Positions 26,686 to 40,235 of a stretch of 64,000 nucleotides of DNA are shown in pieces. The translations under genes were made by a program, and so were the position numbers. The DNA is from Schmidtea polychroa. Taxonomy: Eukaryota. Positions within the stretch are counted from its first letter, which is position 1; each line of letters starts with the position of its first letter. The stretch covers positions 125,240,001 to 125,304,000 of the forward strand of contig CM097886.1 of the NCBI GenBank assembly GCA_044892525.1, written 5' to 3'. The notes under the pieces are model-generated. The model had not been told where the DNA came from, ran no database searches, and saw nothing but the letters and a program-made list of their open reading frames with translations.

Positions 26686-27249
26686 TTGGATGACCAGGCA
26701 AATTTGAAAAAAATACGGGACATTTTCAAGAAAATACAGGACATTGTAAATTTTTTCATTAAAACCGATTTAAAACGAATAAGACTAAACTTTTACTTCT
26801 TGGACATAAAATAACAATTACTAATGTTAAAAGACTATTTTTAATGCTGAAAATAGAATTTTTAATTTTTATAAAAAATTTTAATGAAGCTTTTATTTTC
26901 ATAATTGACTATAAACAATTTAAAATTATTAACAACACATTCACACAGTATAAAGTATTGCAAATTGTGTAAAAAATTTCGAAAATTTGAAATAAAATTA
27001 ATAATTTTAGTTAATAATTTTAGTGTATTAACTTTTTTCAATCTCAAAAAATTACCAAAAAATTTAATTTGCTAAAATTTGAATGAAAAACTTAGTAGGT
27101 ATTTTTGATTTGCAACACCCTTGGAAAATTGGCTTATATTGGAGGAAAAAGTATAAAAATTCTAACATTTTGAAAAATTTTGCCAAAAACGGGACATTTG
27201 ATTAAAATACAGGATTGTCCTTTGAAAATACCAACAGATGGTCACCCTG
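26686..27249. mobile_element. Degenerate Blackjack-like hAT MITE
   Basis: Right end ATGGTCACCCTG; left end degenerate (TTGGATGACCA); (C/A)GGGACA subterminal repeats; 8-bp flanks CTTTAAGC / CTGTAAAC (6/8 match). Confidence 0.55.
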
Positions 27250-27339
27250 CTGTAAACGAACTACTCCACCTTGTAACTATCACACAGGGAATTCCTCCTA
27301 TTTGTTTAAAAATATTTTTGTTCGAATAGTTTTTACATG

Positions 27340-28431
27340 TAATGGCCTTAATTGATTAAATTAATTTGTCTACGTTTGGAAAGTAACATTTTATACGAGA
27401 TGCACAAATATGCCATAGATGTGCAAGGCAATTTAAGTAAAACAAATTTTCGAATATTTTTTTCAAACAACAGGCCGCTTTTCGTATATAAGTAGCATAA
27501 TGTCCTATTAACAAAATAAAATCGGAATTTGAAACACCCGATACTTCAATTTTATTCATTACAATATTTGAAACTGTTACAGAATCCACTTCTCCTTTGC
27601 TTTTATATTTCTCGGGAATCAATTGTACCACCTATTTCTTTCCGTTTATTTCCGTTTCGTCAATTATTAAAAATATTTTTTGAGTACGAAAATATTCATG
27701 TTTCCTTCTTTAAATTTAACATATTTTGAAAGAAAATATCCTCTTATTGAAGTTTAAAAAGGAAGTGGAAAGTTCATATATCTGAAAAAGCCACTGAATT
27801 ATTTGTTTCTTACCTTTTTTATTGGGATATCACGGATATCAATGCTTTTGTCAACATATCAACAAATTCGTTAGGAAGTGGTATTATAAACTCTTGTTTT
27901 TTAACATTGGAATTCGTCATGCTCAGCAATAAAGATGAATGTTTAGTGGAATTTTGGTAGTTTAGAATTGTTGATTTACAGGATGGGTCCACTTGGCAAT
28001 TGTACAAGTTGCAATATATTATATTGGTTGGTGAAATAATAAACTCTTCACTGAATCGCGAAACATTTTCTTGCTTTGTTCACTTGTTTTTTTAGAAATC
28101 GGATCTAAAATTAAAAAAAATTTCAATATAAACATTAAAAAACATTGATAAATATATTTGGGTGAAACGATAAATTAATTTTTATCAATTTAATCAAAAT
28201 TCATTTTATGATTATTTCGTGATATCAGTTGATTGAAAAACGATCAACTATTAATAAAACAAAAAGAAAAACATGTTTAGTTTAAAATTTTCAATTCACT
28301 AGTTAAATGTTTGACAATAAAAATAAATTTTAATAATATAAATAATATAAAATTATGCATAATTATGCAAATTTTTTATGAATTATGCATTTAGTGCATA
28401 ATTATGCAAAATTATGCATTAGGTCACCCTA
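27340..28431 (-). mobile_element. Truncated hAT-like element with CGGBP1-like transposase relic
   Basis: Terminus TAGGGTGACC at 28431 with GCATAA repeats; fragments IFLIIDETEING and YATYIRKAACCLKKIFENLFYLNCLAHLWHICASRIKCYFPNVDKLI (CxxH motif). Confidence 0.6.
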
Positions 28432-30375
28432 GTCATTATACAAGATTTAAATTTTATCTGCAATAATTTTATTGATCCGGACCTAATCTTATTTTTATGT
28501 ACGAGGACTAATATCAATATACAAACCGAAGACAAGGGGACCAAAAGCCTTATGGTAGTGATGGAACGAAATTTTTTTATTGTGTTATTAAAAAATAAAT
28601 TGATTTCAAGGAATTAAACTTTCACTTAGATGAATCAAGGAATGCCACATTTGAGGGATGCGAAACCAAAATATGATGTAGTAAACTATTTACAAATGGT
28701 TAAAATATTGACCACGAACTAACGAATGCTTGTCTGAGTATAAGGAACTAAAATAAAGCTACAATAAAAGCAAGTCAAGTGACTATGACAAGTTATTGCA
28801 TGTCCTTTCGATAAGGCTGAACTAAGATATTCTATCATCAACATGTTATGTTCGTATTGTGAGTCTACAGTTAACACAATTTATACGCGCATACAATTAG
28901 TTTTTAAAATAAATAAATAACAATGTTTTAGCTTTTATTATCAATACTAAACACTTTACAAGAAATAAAAAGAATATGTAAAAATATTAAGGTTGCTTGC
29001 CGAAAGAAAGAGATCGGCTATTTCAAACCATCCTAAGGAGTTACTTCTAAGAATCATAATTGGCCTTAATTTGCACCAACAGCCCGATTTCGGTGACAAG
29101 AGCAACACGAGTGTGTTTCCGAAAGCTTTTTCCGCAATAGTACTAACCCAGAAAATCGGTTAGTACTTTACTTAACAACTCCCTGCTGAAAGTTTATAAC
29201 GTAATAAAAGAAATTACTGAAGCTCCGATTTATGTAGGTTAATTTATTTATATTTCAAATAAAGCGTACCCTTCAATATAGTTTATATCGAAATAATTTT
29301 CAAAAATATAAATTCAGAAGTGAAGTAAATATATTACTACAGTCAGATAATTGTGAAATTCTTCTTTGATCAATAGTCTTTTGCTACAATTTTCTCCTAA
29401 TGAATTTTTATTGATTGATTCTACAACAGCTTGCTAGTTTCTGTGTCATATAGAGTAATAATAAATAAATTACTAATATTACTTATATCTATCTATCTAT
29501 AGTAATATTAAATTACTAAAAATATTATTAAATTAATTATACTAATAAAAATGCTATAAAATTAAATAAATTACTAAAAATATTTTAATTTTATCCGAAA
29601 TCAGTAATTCAAGTGGTTCTTAGCTCATCTCGAACCTTAACAAAAATTCAAAACGAAACTACGTACAAATTGTTAAAGTCACAATAATAATTTAAGGAAT
29701 GCAGGTTGAGAAAGTATAATCCAACTAACGTAAAATAAACATGTCTAAATCGAAATTTCCTATACAAGTGTTAAAGATTAATATAACAATACATGTCATA
29801 AGGAGCGATGCGATGGCCCTAATTAGATAATATATTGCTTTAGGGTCATGAATTTTGCCGACAGTTTTGTGTCACGAACTGACACCATGAAAGTATGGCT
29901 GGTAAGCGAGTCATGGTGCAAAGTATGATGAGAAAGGAGGCATGTTGAAGATGTGAATTATCGTACACGTGTGTCGTTGAAGATAGGACGATAGAGAGTG
30001 GATATAACGTATGTATTTGTCTTTAGAGGAGAGTTTTGGCCAACCTTTTTAGCAGCCGGGCCAGATTTTAGAAATGAGATTTTCTACCGGGCCTTATAAC
30101 AAAATTTCTTTTATTAATCTAAGCAAACAAGAAATATATTTTTTTAAAAGATATAACAAAAATGAAAATCAAACATATTTATTAGATTAGAGTTAGGTAG
30201 TACACGAAATAATAATAAAGAATAAATAAAATATAATAAATTTTAGTGAGACGTCTGAATTTGTTTGTCAGAACTAAGTGCGGCAATATTGATAACTATT
30301 AAGAAGTTTATAATTATGTACTTGTATATAGTTAAAACTATATATATTTGTATACTTGTATATTGGTGTGTTAAA

Positions 30376-30570
30376 AGAAATTTGTGAGAACCCAGCAGCG
30401 TCTCCTTTAAAACTTGTTTTGGGACTGCTAGGGTGCTTGTATGTAGAGTGCTTGTGGATGATTTAGTGACAATTAAAATAAATATTTACTATAATGCAAA
30501 ATATAAAAAAAGTAAGTTAAATTAATTTAACAAACTTTTATTCAATAACTATTAAAAAACCTGAACTCGC
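30376..30570 (+). repeat. Hairpin-bearing dispersed repeat, copy b
   Basis: Core ACCCAGCAGCGTCTCC...GGGACTGCTAGGGT (30390-30434), with downstream CAAACTTTTATT shared with copy e. Confidence 0.7.
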
Positions 30571-30899
30571 CAAGGGAGCCCTTCAATAATCGTGTGATCG
30601 AATTATAATTAGTATAGTAATATCCCGACTTGAATAATCTACGATTTTATTATTCCGATCTTCGTGAGTTTATTTTCTTTAATTTGATTATCGTTTTCTT
30701 TTTTTTAAACTTATTTTGTTTCCGGTAGCTTCTTTTATTCTTTTTGTATTGGTTAGTTATTTCATTCTATAGTAATTTTTACTTTCAATTTTTCTATTGA
30801 TTGATTGTTGATTTAGTTTTTAAAATTTTAGTTTTGTAATTTATAATTTTAATTATAATTATAAAAAAACAACGATCAATTCACAATAAAAATAAAAAC

Positions 30900-31350
30900 T
30901 CACCACAAAAGCCCGCATCAATAACGATTGATGTTGTTGCTATACGAAAACAGTTTTCCAAATGCTCATCGATGATTCGTGTTCTCAATTGAGATTTAAT
31001 ATGCTTTATTCGACTAAAAAGCTATTCACACGTATTCACGGTGTTTCGAAAAACAAAATCACCGATAAAGCATGCTTGTAAAATGCAGAATATTTCTCCT
31101 TGTTCAAATATGTTTTATAAAAAACTCTTCCAAACCAACCTGATTGCATTTCTCCTTTAACTGTGCATCACAGCACATTTCACAATCTTTCATTCATAAA
31201 ATTCCTGTCTATAAATTCGCGTCTACGGAGTATGGCGTTGCAAATGCAGCAAAGATCAAACGATGCTTTTCAAAATCTTGAAATTGGTTTTAAAGTTCCA
31301 GGTTGAAGTAGGATATCTACGAAGCAGTGTATTTATTCGCCGCCATTTGT
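30900..31350 (-). pseudogene. hAT (GTF2IRD2-like) transposase C-terminal relic
   Basis: LFSRIKHIKSQLRTRIIDEHLENCFRIATTSI resembles the hAT dimerization tail. Confidence 0.65.
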
Positions 31351-32699
31351 GTAACGTCTGGCTGCTATACCAGCGTAGGAAAGTGAGTAAAGATTTTTGT
31401 CCTTAACTATTGTTCCCAAAGTCTAAGTTTCATTTGGAATGCGGAAATAAGATCATACATGTTATTAATTAGTTGAACTTTCCCTTGTAGATAAGTATTA
31501 ACAACATTTAGACACGGATGGACACTTAAGATGGATACTAAAATTGATACACATGGAATCTTCCAGACACTTCACGAGTCGGTTGTGAAAGGAAGATCTC
31601 ATTACTTACTTGAATCTGGAGTTCTTAATCCAAAATCTGGACAATGTTAAATAGATTTTCATTAGAGTTTTCGTAAATTATTAATAATATTAGTTTTTCT
31701 TCTAAATTATCATTTGGCCTAATGTGTTACGAATCCCTGAGTTCAATGATTGGAGTAAGGCGATTATTTGAGATCGAGTGATATGGCGGTTGCAGAGAGC
31801 CTTGAAGGTTTTGACTGTGCAAAATATTCAAACAAAAGAGTATTGTCAATTTGATTTAAGTAGAATCATATATTTGATCTAAACATTCAACGAGAAGTGA
31901 AAAGGGGAGTTGCGAATGGGGAAATTCTACGCCTGTACTCGTTGATGTCTTTGCTACGTTGCCGTTGTTCACATATCACCGTCTTTCCCTAAGTAACTTC
32001 GAATATTTATTGATTACCGCAAGCGACGCTGGTACTGTACTTTATGGCCCTCAACAAAAGATAAGTTCTCTCACAGAGACTGCTAATGCTCTGACGTGTC
32101 TCTGGGTTCACTGGATTACCATAGAAAGTGTAGTTACCTACTTCATATAGTTCAAATCGTAATTAAGCATATTTTTCCTAAAATTTTCTTGTTAATCGGC
32201 ACCTTGAATTTCTAAATTAAGATTTTAATTAAGATTTTAACGAAGATTTAAATCGAAATATGCCAGATTAAATTGATTAGTGTTTTGTCGGCCCATCCTA
32301 CGATGAAGGTCAAAAAAAACGCGAATAAGTCAAATAAAACTATGAAATTTTAAATTAAGCAAGCAAAAATCAGAAAATTCAGTGCCAGACAGCCTAATTG
32401 GTCCACGCACATTTTTGTCTTTTCTTCATTATTCCACATCCGATTAAGTTGAAATTTTAAGCTGACATTTGTCTAATCTTTATTGACTAATGTGAGATGA
32501 AATTTGTCGCTTTTGTTAATATATATTTAAGTCTTAAAATCGAAAATGTAAATTTTTTCATTTTTGATTTTCCCATTTTTTACACAATGCTAAAAATGTA
32601 CAAAATAACAATCTAAATTTTGTATTATGACAAAAAGGATTTTTGACAGTTTATTTTACGTTAAAATAAAAGAAAGTCACTGAGGTTCAACGCGTCCAT

Positions 32700-33150
32700 T
32701 TAATATTTCGTGGCACCTTCACGAAGTGCAATACATGTTTGAATGGCATTGAATCGAACAGCTTAACACAGTGAGAGTTTAGTGTAAGTTTATGATTCCA
32801 CAGTCGCTAGTCTTTTTCAAGTATCTATTCAGTAAAATTGTATGTTTTCTGATACAAACGCTACTTCAAAATGCACCACAAGTTCTCAATTTGGTTCAAG
32901 TCAAGAGAAAAATTGGGCCGATTCATGATTACGAATTCTTTCTCTAAAAGGAAATCATTTTTCATCGCAGATTTGTGACAACGTGTGTTGAAAAATACTA
33001 TCTTTTGGTCCATCGAACCACAGGTAAACGCTTGTTGTCAGCTCGATTTCAACAACGCTCGGTGTTCATGCTTCCACTTACGGCCCGAATCTTTGTCTAT
33101 TAAAGCATCTTCATATTAAGACGCAACGTCATAAGACTTGACGAGTTTTT
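32700..33150 (-). pseudogene. Tc1-like transposase relic (C-terminal)
   Basis: NRPNFSLDLNQIENLWCILK resembles the Tc1 SPDLNPIENLW motif. Confidence 0.55.
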
Positions 33151-33294
33151 TATGTATATCACTGATGAATAGTCAAACGAATTGCGATTTCCTTGTAGAA
33201 TAATCAATGTTAAGGTTATGTATTGTTGTAAAGTTCGGTGGTGTATTCTTAGCTATTTGTATTATAGTATTTGTGTAATGTATGATTGTGCGTG

Positions 33295-33480
33295 TAAAGA
33301 GATCTGAAGACCCGATAGAGTCACCGATAAAAAAAAAGTGTGGCGGGACAATCGGGGTGCGTGTATGTATTGTTTTTCACAATAAAAATGGACTATTAAA
33401 ATATAACCAATTAACAATATGTTACAAATTTATTAACGAAAAAGAATAACGATAATTAATAAAGACCTTATTAATCAAAT
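33295..33480 (+). repeat. Hairpin-bearing dispersed repeat, copy d
   Basis: Core ACCCGATAGAGTCACCGATAAA...GGCGGGACAATCGGGGTGCGTGTATGTA, nearly identical to 41993-42048. Confidence 0.75.
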
Positions 33481-33939
33481 TCCTAGTTATTATGATTGCC
33501 AATCGATGTTAAAACTCGAGTTTGATTCAGGTTTGGTTTTCAAAATTCTTCGTCTTACGTGGTGAAACTTTGATAAATCTTCGGAAAATTGGGGAGAGTT
33601 TTCAGACAATAAAATCGCCAAATAGAGAATCTTTAGATAATGTTAGATTGAATGAAATTTTATTATTCTTTTTCTTTGATTTTGAAATTTTTTTTTCTTA
33701 TGGCAAATTGATTATTTTCTAATTTTTTCTATATTTGTATAGCGATACCATAGTAAATTATCGCTATATAGTTTCTTTATTCAATTTTCAAACGCGACAT
33801 ACGCCAAACGAAATGACAAGGCGTCACGTAACCTTGTTTAAAAAAATTAGAATATAATTATACATTACATGTATCTTATATTCAGTAAGTTATTAAGTTA
33901 TATTTATGTAATACTTATCAATGTGGTGGAATGCTATGA

Positions 33940-34010
33940 TAAGGAAATCTGTTGAACCCAGCAGTCTCCTTTAAAAACTGTAGCGGGACAATTGATGTGA
34001 GTGTATATTA
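33940..34010 (+). repeat. Hairpin-bearing dispersed repeat, copy c (degenerate 3' arm)
   Basis: GAACCCAGCAGTCTCCTTTAAAA...GCGGGACAAT combines features of both subtypes. Confidence 0.6.
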
Positions 34011-34340
34011 AATGAGTGTGTGTAAAATATTATAAAATATCACACAATAATATAACTTGTAACAATATAACTAACTATTTTGTTTGGCAGTAAAAATAAA
34101 AATAAATAACTCTACTATTAATTTCAATATCTCAAAATGTTTATTTTCAAAATAAAATTATATAAACCTTCTAATTCATACAGCGTACGACCTTCTCATT
34201 CTGGGATTTAATAATTACTTCAAATATTCGATCTTCATTATTCTTTTAATTTTATTTCCAATCGTTAAATTTAAATATATTTTTTTATTTTGCTTGGCAA
34301 ATTCTTGGCCATTGATTTTATTTATTTAAAATTTGTAATT

Positions 34341-34386
<46 letters not shown>

Positions 34387-34619
34387 TTAAATAATGATAA
34401 TAAAAATAAACAATAAAAATAACGTACAGAACATAACTTCCCCCTTTAAAACTAACACTTTTAAAACTTAACACTTTTAACACTGAAAACGAAATTTCTT
34501 TTGTGATTTTTACAATAATACCAATAATAAAAAAACAATAAAATAAAAATTAACGTACACTCAACATAGGTCTCGTTTGAAAAAGTTACTTATAAAATAA
34601 AGCAAAAACGTCAGTTTTG

Positions 34620-34810
34620 GTAGCTGTAATGTTTAAAATTTCTTGAAACGTACTTTAGACCAATCTTCAATTGTCTAATTCTTATAGGGTTCTACCCACT
34701 TAGGTTGGATCAGTTTATTTTTTGAAGTTAAAGCAGGAGCTGCTGCTGGATGATAAGCAATGCGCCCATGTCTTGCAAATACTGACTGTACTTTACGTAC
34801 AGACATGTTC
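34620..34810 (-). pseudogene. Tc1-like transposase relic (N-terminal/linker)
   Basis: SVRKVQSVFARHGR...PALTSKNKL...KWVEPYKN*TIEDWSKVRF resembles the Tc1 region just before the first catalytic Asp. Confidence 0.45.
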
Positions 34811-35374
34811 AATAGACCTTGTTAGTTGCTTATTTATCAAGCTGTTAAGCGATAATCAGCAACACTCCGTCTTACCAAAGATCGCTCTGTCCTTTGAATA
34901 AGCCTGTAATTCGTTGTAAGTCTTCCAAATCATCCAGAGGTAACACTACCAGTTTCTTGTCAAAGTGCAACAACAAGAACCACAGTTCTCCGGAGGATTC
35001 TCGTAATAACATAAATGGCACGATTTGGATATACGTTTGTTTCAAAAACGTCAACAATCTTACGACGCTTTACTTCACAAATATATATTGTCAAATAAGA
35101 AGAGCAGAAAATAGACACCAATGCACTAATGAAATAACGAATTCAGTGGTGAGTTACGTGTGGGGAAGATCTTTCTCTTCCATCCTCTTATTAGACCAAC
35201 GCTTTTCTTATTTCCGTATTCCCCTCCGCAACCGCGCATATTTTAACCGGCCACTAAATGCCCGTCGCAAGCTACGTTGGAACTGCGATTTAGCTTTAGC
35301 TCTACAACAAGAACTGCCAATGACCCGACAAGTCGCTGGGTTCATAGAGTACCATAGAAGGTGTCATGCCTCGT

Positions 35375-37769
35375 TTTTCTCTTGCCCCCTTCTTGCCCCC
35401 TCCAATATTTGTTTGAAAAAAGTAGATATTAAAAATAAAACTTTATTTAAAAATTCCAAAATATATTTCTAATAAACGTGTACATAAAACATACATATTT
35501 TTTCAACAAATTGAAAGAAATTGATCGTTCACTTTATTTAGTGTGATCCTTGTGCTTGATGCAATTTAGCGAGTTTATTAATTTCGGGCTTCAATGTTGT
35601 TAGCGACATACGCAGATCGCCTCTTTGCACAACATCAAGACGGTTATGTGCTTTTGAGAGGAGATGCATAACTCGACTAAATCCAGATGCAACCAAATAA
35701 GATAGATTCTCCCATAACTGTGGAAATATACTGGCTATTTCATTGCTTATCCAGAAATTATCTTTATTTAATTTAAATCTAACACTTTGCAAGTCCACAA
35801 GACTTGCTTACAGTTCGATATTGATATCAGCTGCATTCACACTAAATGGATCAATTGCCCAATCTGAAATATTTAAATTAATAATATCAATAAATCGAAC
35901 TCGCATATCCTCACGAAGCTGTTTCAAATGATTAATATATATTTCCAAATCATCATCTTGTATTTCATTTAAAATTGTAGCCAATGATGAAAATTGCGCT
36001 AACTCACGATGACCAATATTCGTTATGAAAAGATTCAGCTTTCCCAAAAAAGCATTCATTACTTTTTTACACGTTATGAGATTACAATTTTTCCCTTGTA
36101 ACTGTTTGTTTAATAAATTAAGTTTTTCAAAGATATCTGATAAATAAAATATGTCACATTTTACACTAACCAACTCCACTCCGAATTCTGCATCTTTCAT
36201 AAAAGATATAATACTATTCCAAAGCACAACAAACCGTTTTAAACTATTACCCTTCGATAGCCACCGAACTTCTGTGTGCAATAGGAGGCGCTCAAAGCCT
36301 TCCTCATTTTCTTCACATAGTTGTCGGAAGAGGCGATCCCGAAGTGGACTTGATTTAATGAAATTTATTGTTTTTATTGCAATATTAAGAGACTCATGTA
36401 AACGCCCTCTTAACTTTTTTGTAACCAAATGTTGACTATGAATTACGCAATGTATACAAAAAATATTTGGCACATCATTCTTCAGATATGTGATAAATCC
36501 TCGATATTTACCAGCCATTGAAACAGCCCCATCGGTTGCGCATGCTAGTATATTTTCAAGCGGGATATTTTTCTCCATAAAAATTTTTTTAACTTCTTGA
36601 TATATCTTTTCACCTTTTGTATCAGTTTTAAGTTTTCTGGCAAAGAGCATTTCTTCAATAAACTTGTCATTATCTTGAAATCTAACATACGCCATTAATA
36701 GAGCTTCACTTTCACGTATAGAAGATTCATCTAATTGCAGGGCAAACTTCTTTACTTGCAAATGAGCAATTAGTTGTTTTTCCACATCATCTGCCATTTC
36801 ATCGATACCCCTCGATACTGAAGAATTGCTCAAAGGAATGACTTGAGTAATTGCATTTGGGTTCTGATTCATGACCCTTGAAATAACAATAGATACTGAT
36901 GGCAAAATCAAAGATTCAGCAATAGTATATTCTCTTTCAACTTTTGCAATTAACTGCGAAATCTCATAAGTAATTAATCCATTGTCAATCATCGATGACT
37001 TTTCATTAAATACTTGTAAAATTGTTTTTCTTGGTCGAAAACCATCTCGAAGTTTTTTAAAAAATTGAACTGGCTTGCCTTTTTTGTCTTCATGTGTAGT
37101 TTCTAAATGTTTTCGTAATTTGCATGGTCGCATACTCTCGTTTGATAATACAGCCATACACAATAAACACATACGCGAGATAATCGATGGAATATTGTCG
37201 ACATTTTTTCTTAGTCTCACTATATCATGGTTATCTAAAAAGATATTTTTATTTTAATAAAATTTGCTATTAAAGTGATTTAAAAAATCTCATTGGTCTT
37301 GAATTACATATACATACATATGTAATAAGAACATTACAATAAAGATAAAATCGCAAATTTATAAAAACTTAAAATTTGTAGAAAATTACAATTCACTGTC
37401 GAAAGATCGAATTGTTCCACGTCTCCACTCAATACGTGTCAAAACCCGACTAACAATAACAAGAATGCGCTTTGCGAACACATGCAAGATTCAGCATGTC
37501 TTTGTTTACGCAATGCAAACGCACAGTCAAAAGAAACAAATATATTTAATATTATATTACCTGTATGTATTAGAATTATTATATTTAATTATATGCAATG
37601 GTGTGATAACTAAATCTTTCTGGCTCAATTTTTCAATATAATTTAAATATAATATTTTATTAATTTGTTTTAGCTGTGGGCCCCCTAGAGTTTGCTATGG
37701 CTCCCCAAAAGTTTATTTTTGCCCCGTGGCCCCCAAGGGGGCCATATGGCTCCAGGTTGAGAATCGCTA
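35375..37769 (-). mobile_element. Buster/Charlie-type hAT transposon (one TIR lost)
   Basis: Terminus TAGCGATTCTCAACC at 37769 flanked by CTCTAAGC (Buster-type NNNTANNN site); GGGGCCA/GGGGCAA subterminal repeats; transposase inside. Confidence 0.85.
35538..37220 (-). pseudogene. hAT Buster transposase (ZBED5/ZBED8/SCAND3-like) with premature stop
   Basis: FALQLDES, CATDGAVSM, HCVIHSQHL, LLLHTEVRWLSKG. TAA at 35808-35810 continues in frame to ...HQAQGSH*. The dimerization motif is shortened (LWENLSYLVASGFS). Confidence 0.92.
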
Positions 37770-37899
37770 CTCTAAGCGATATCCAAAACAACTAACAAAT
37801 CAAAATAAAACTAAAACAAAGAAAAATAGATAAAACTAAAAGAAAATTTATTTTTTGAAATAAAAATAAATAATTAAGTTAAATATATTTTCGGATTTC

Positions 37900-39250
37900 T
37901 GCCTTCACCTTTGGAAGTCAATCATCGTCGAGCATTCGGTTTGGTATTGATTTCACCCTTGCGGTTCAAACCTGAAACCTCATATCTGATATTATTGTTC
38001 ATAGGATAATACGATAGGCTTTCTAAGGGGTTAATGCTGTAATGTTTATTAACAAATTACGATAAATTATTATTCCTAAATTCAGTTTATTTAAATCATA
38101 TACTAAATAATTATAAAATGCATACGAGTGTTCCCTTTCCAACATACAGCTTCTTCATCTGCGATTGATATCTGATGATATGCTTAAGCCATATCAAGTT
38201 TTGTAGAATATTTGCTTCCTGTTAAGTTATCTAGAATGTTTTGAATTCTATGGAGTTGGTACTTGTCTGGTATTGTGATACTGTTGAGTAGCCGGAAATT
38301 ACCAAACAGTCCATGGGTCATCATATTTATTTACAACCACTAGTGGTGATGCCCAATTGCTGTTGCTTGCTTGAATAATGTTCTCTTTCAGTAATCTGTC
38401 AAACTCCATCTTGCCTGCCTGTATTCGTTCTCCGAATAGTTTGCGGTATTTTTGAGAGATTGCTTGTTCATCTGAAATTATTCTAAGTTGAACACTAACA
38501 AATTTTTCTTTTAATCAAGTTTGGATAACGGGTCCAATTTTTCTGCAGGAATATTATTAATTTCGAAGTTTTTGCCATAGTCTTGAGCAAATTTCAATGT
38601 CGAGGAATTTGAAATAAGCTTGTTTTTGCAATTGACTAATAGATTGTAGTGAGATAAGAAATCCTCACCGATAATCGGTTTGCTAATATTTACAACGGCA
38701 AATATCCATTTGAAAGGCAGTTGGAAACCTTCAATTTCAAATGTGATTTCTTTGTTTCCATAATAATTTATAACTGAATTATTGGCGCTGACGAGTGTCC
38801 GGTTTCTTCCCAAGGGTCTATTAGCTTCGAACATTGTTGCAGGTAAAACACTCGCGTCAACACCTGAACCGATTAAAAAATTATAGATGGTGTTTGATAC
38901 CATTTCTGGTATGGTGGATGTCTAGTTGTTGTTCGTATTATAGACTGATGTAATTTCGAAGGTTCCAGTCTCCGAACATACTGGAACCTTTACTCGTTTC
39001 CCTGTGACGTCAGATCTTTTTTCAAACTACAAAGGGGCTGATATTTTCTTGCCAAAGTTCCTGTGATAAAAACAAAGGGATTTCAGTGACTGATTTTCTA
39101 TCATTGATGCTTCTCAGAGTTGTGATTTCCTCGTGACTGCAGATTCCTAGAGTTCTCAATAACCTGAATGTTGTTTTTCTTTGGTCTATTAATTTTTGCT
39201 TCAAAAATGATTTTGATTTTTGTAAATTATCGCTTCTCAATAATTTCATA
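37900..39250 (-). mobile_element. Decayed Ty3/gypsy LTR retrotransposon (gag end, protease, RT fragment)
   Basis: Gag-like YHRNFGKK...APCS; retropepsin FLIGSGVDASVLP...IIGEDFLSHYNLLV; RT fragments SNSNWASPLVVV and YSTKLDMA*AYHQI. Confidence 0.85.
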
Positions 39251-39605
39251 TTTTTTTGAGATTTTTCTTGCTTTTAGTGCTTTTGCTTAGTTTATTGGTT
39301 TTACCATGGGTATTTATTCCATTTTAATCTCAAGTAGGTATCCACTGTGTACCTTACCCTACCGAGTTTTTTGCTGTTTTTTTTGTTAGGGCTCACTTAG
39401 TCAATATGAGCACCAAATTAGTACTTGAGTAAATTGAGGTAGGTGCTGTTGATTCATTTTGAATTGCAGTGAAATATATAATTGTTTTTTGTTCAAGATC
39501 TCCTTTGTCTTTCCCCTTTGGTGAATGCTGACCATCCTCTTTGTCTTTTTTTCTTTCCGTGATTCGTTTTCCAGCTTTTTTTAATTACTTTTTAAAATTT
39601 TCTTT

Positions 39606-39745
39606 TTCCCTGCAGTGCAGCTGAAATTTTTCAGATGGTCAGTGAGAGATGAGCTCAAATTCATTCTGATCTCATTGGCGGTTTCATTATATTTTCTTTC
39701 CGTCACATTTAAGTGAACGTGATTGTCGAATCTCGGTTTATCAAT
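39606..39745 (-). pseudogene. Ig-like module exon A, copy 5 (3' fragment)
   Basis: Minus strand DKPRFDNHVHLNVTERKYNETANEIRMNLSSSLTDHLKNFSCTAGK aligns with copies 1 and 2. Confidence 0.7.
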
Positions 39746-39789
39746 TTAACGAACAATGGATTATTTGTTATCAGAAGGTAAATTATTTT

Positions 39790-40012
39790 CTTTGCTACCT
39801 ATACTATCGTGGTTTTCATTGAGTATTTGAATTTCCATTTTGATTCGATTGGATCTTTTGAATCGTTGTAAATTTGAGATTCGTTTCTACCACTATGCGT
39901 TTGATGGAGCTTCAATGAGTTGGAAACTTACTGAAGACTGAGGATATATATCTTGGCCATAGCATTCGATCGTTCATTTGTATCTGGCTTATGGGAATCT
40001 TGGAGTGGTGAT
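39790..40012 (-). pseudogene. Ig-like module exon B, copy 3 (frameshifted)
   Basis: TTTTAG|ATCAC start as in other B exons; IECYGQDIYPQSSVSFQLIEAPSNA and PIESKWKFKYSMKTT match KCYTKDGYPDPDINWQLIKGPPNA and PIGSKWTFKCTMKS. Confidence 0.6.
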
Positions 40013-40235
40013 CTAAAATGAAGTATAACACTACTTTTACTAACCTTTGATATTATTATTATATTTAAAAAANNNNNNNNNNNNNNNNNNNNNNNNNNNN
40101 NNNNNNNNNNNNNNNNNNNNNNNNNNNNNNNNNNNNNNNNNNNNNNNNNNNNNNNNNNNNNNNNNNNNNNNNNNNNNNNNNNNNNNNNNNNNNNNNNNNN
40201 NNNNNNNNNNNNNNNNNNNNNNNNNNNNNNNNNNN

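Noticed and set aside
33162-33195. CTGATGAATAGTCAAACGAATT hammerhead-like start
   Set aside because: Stem II does not pair and GAAA is replaced by GAAT.
34894-35472. 192-aa plus-strand ORF
   Set aside because: No domain; it runs across the boundary into the Buster element end, so it is likely fortuitous.
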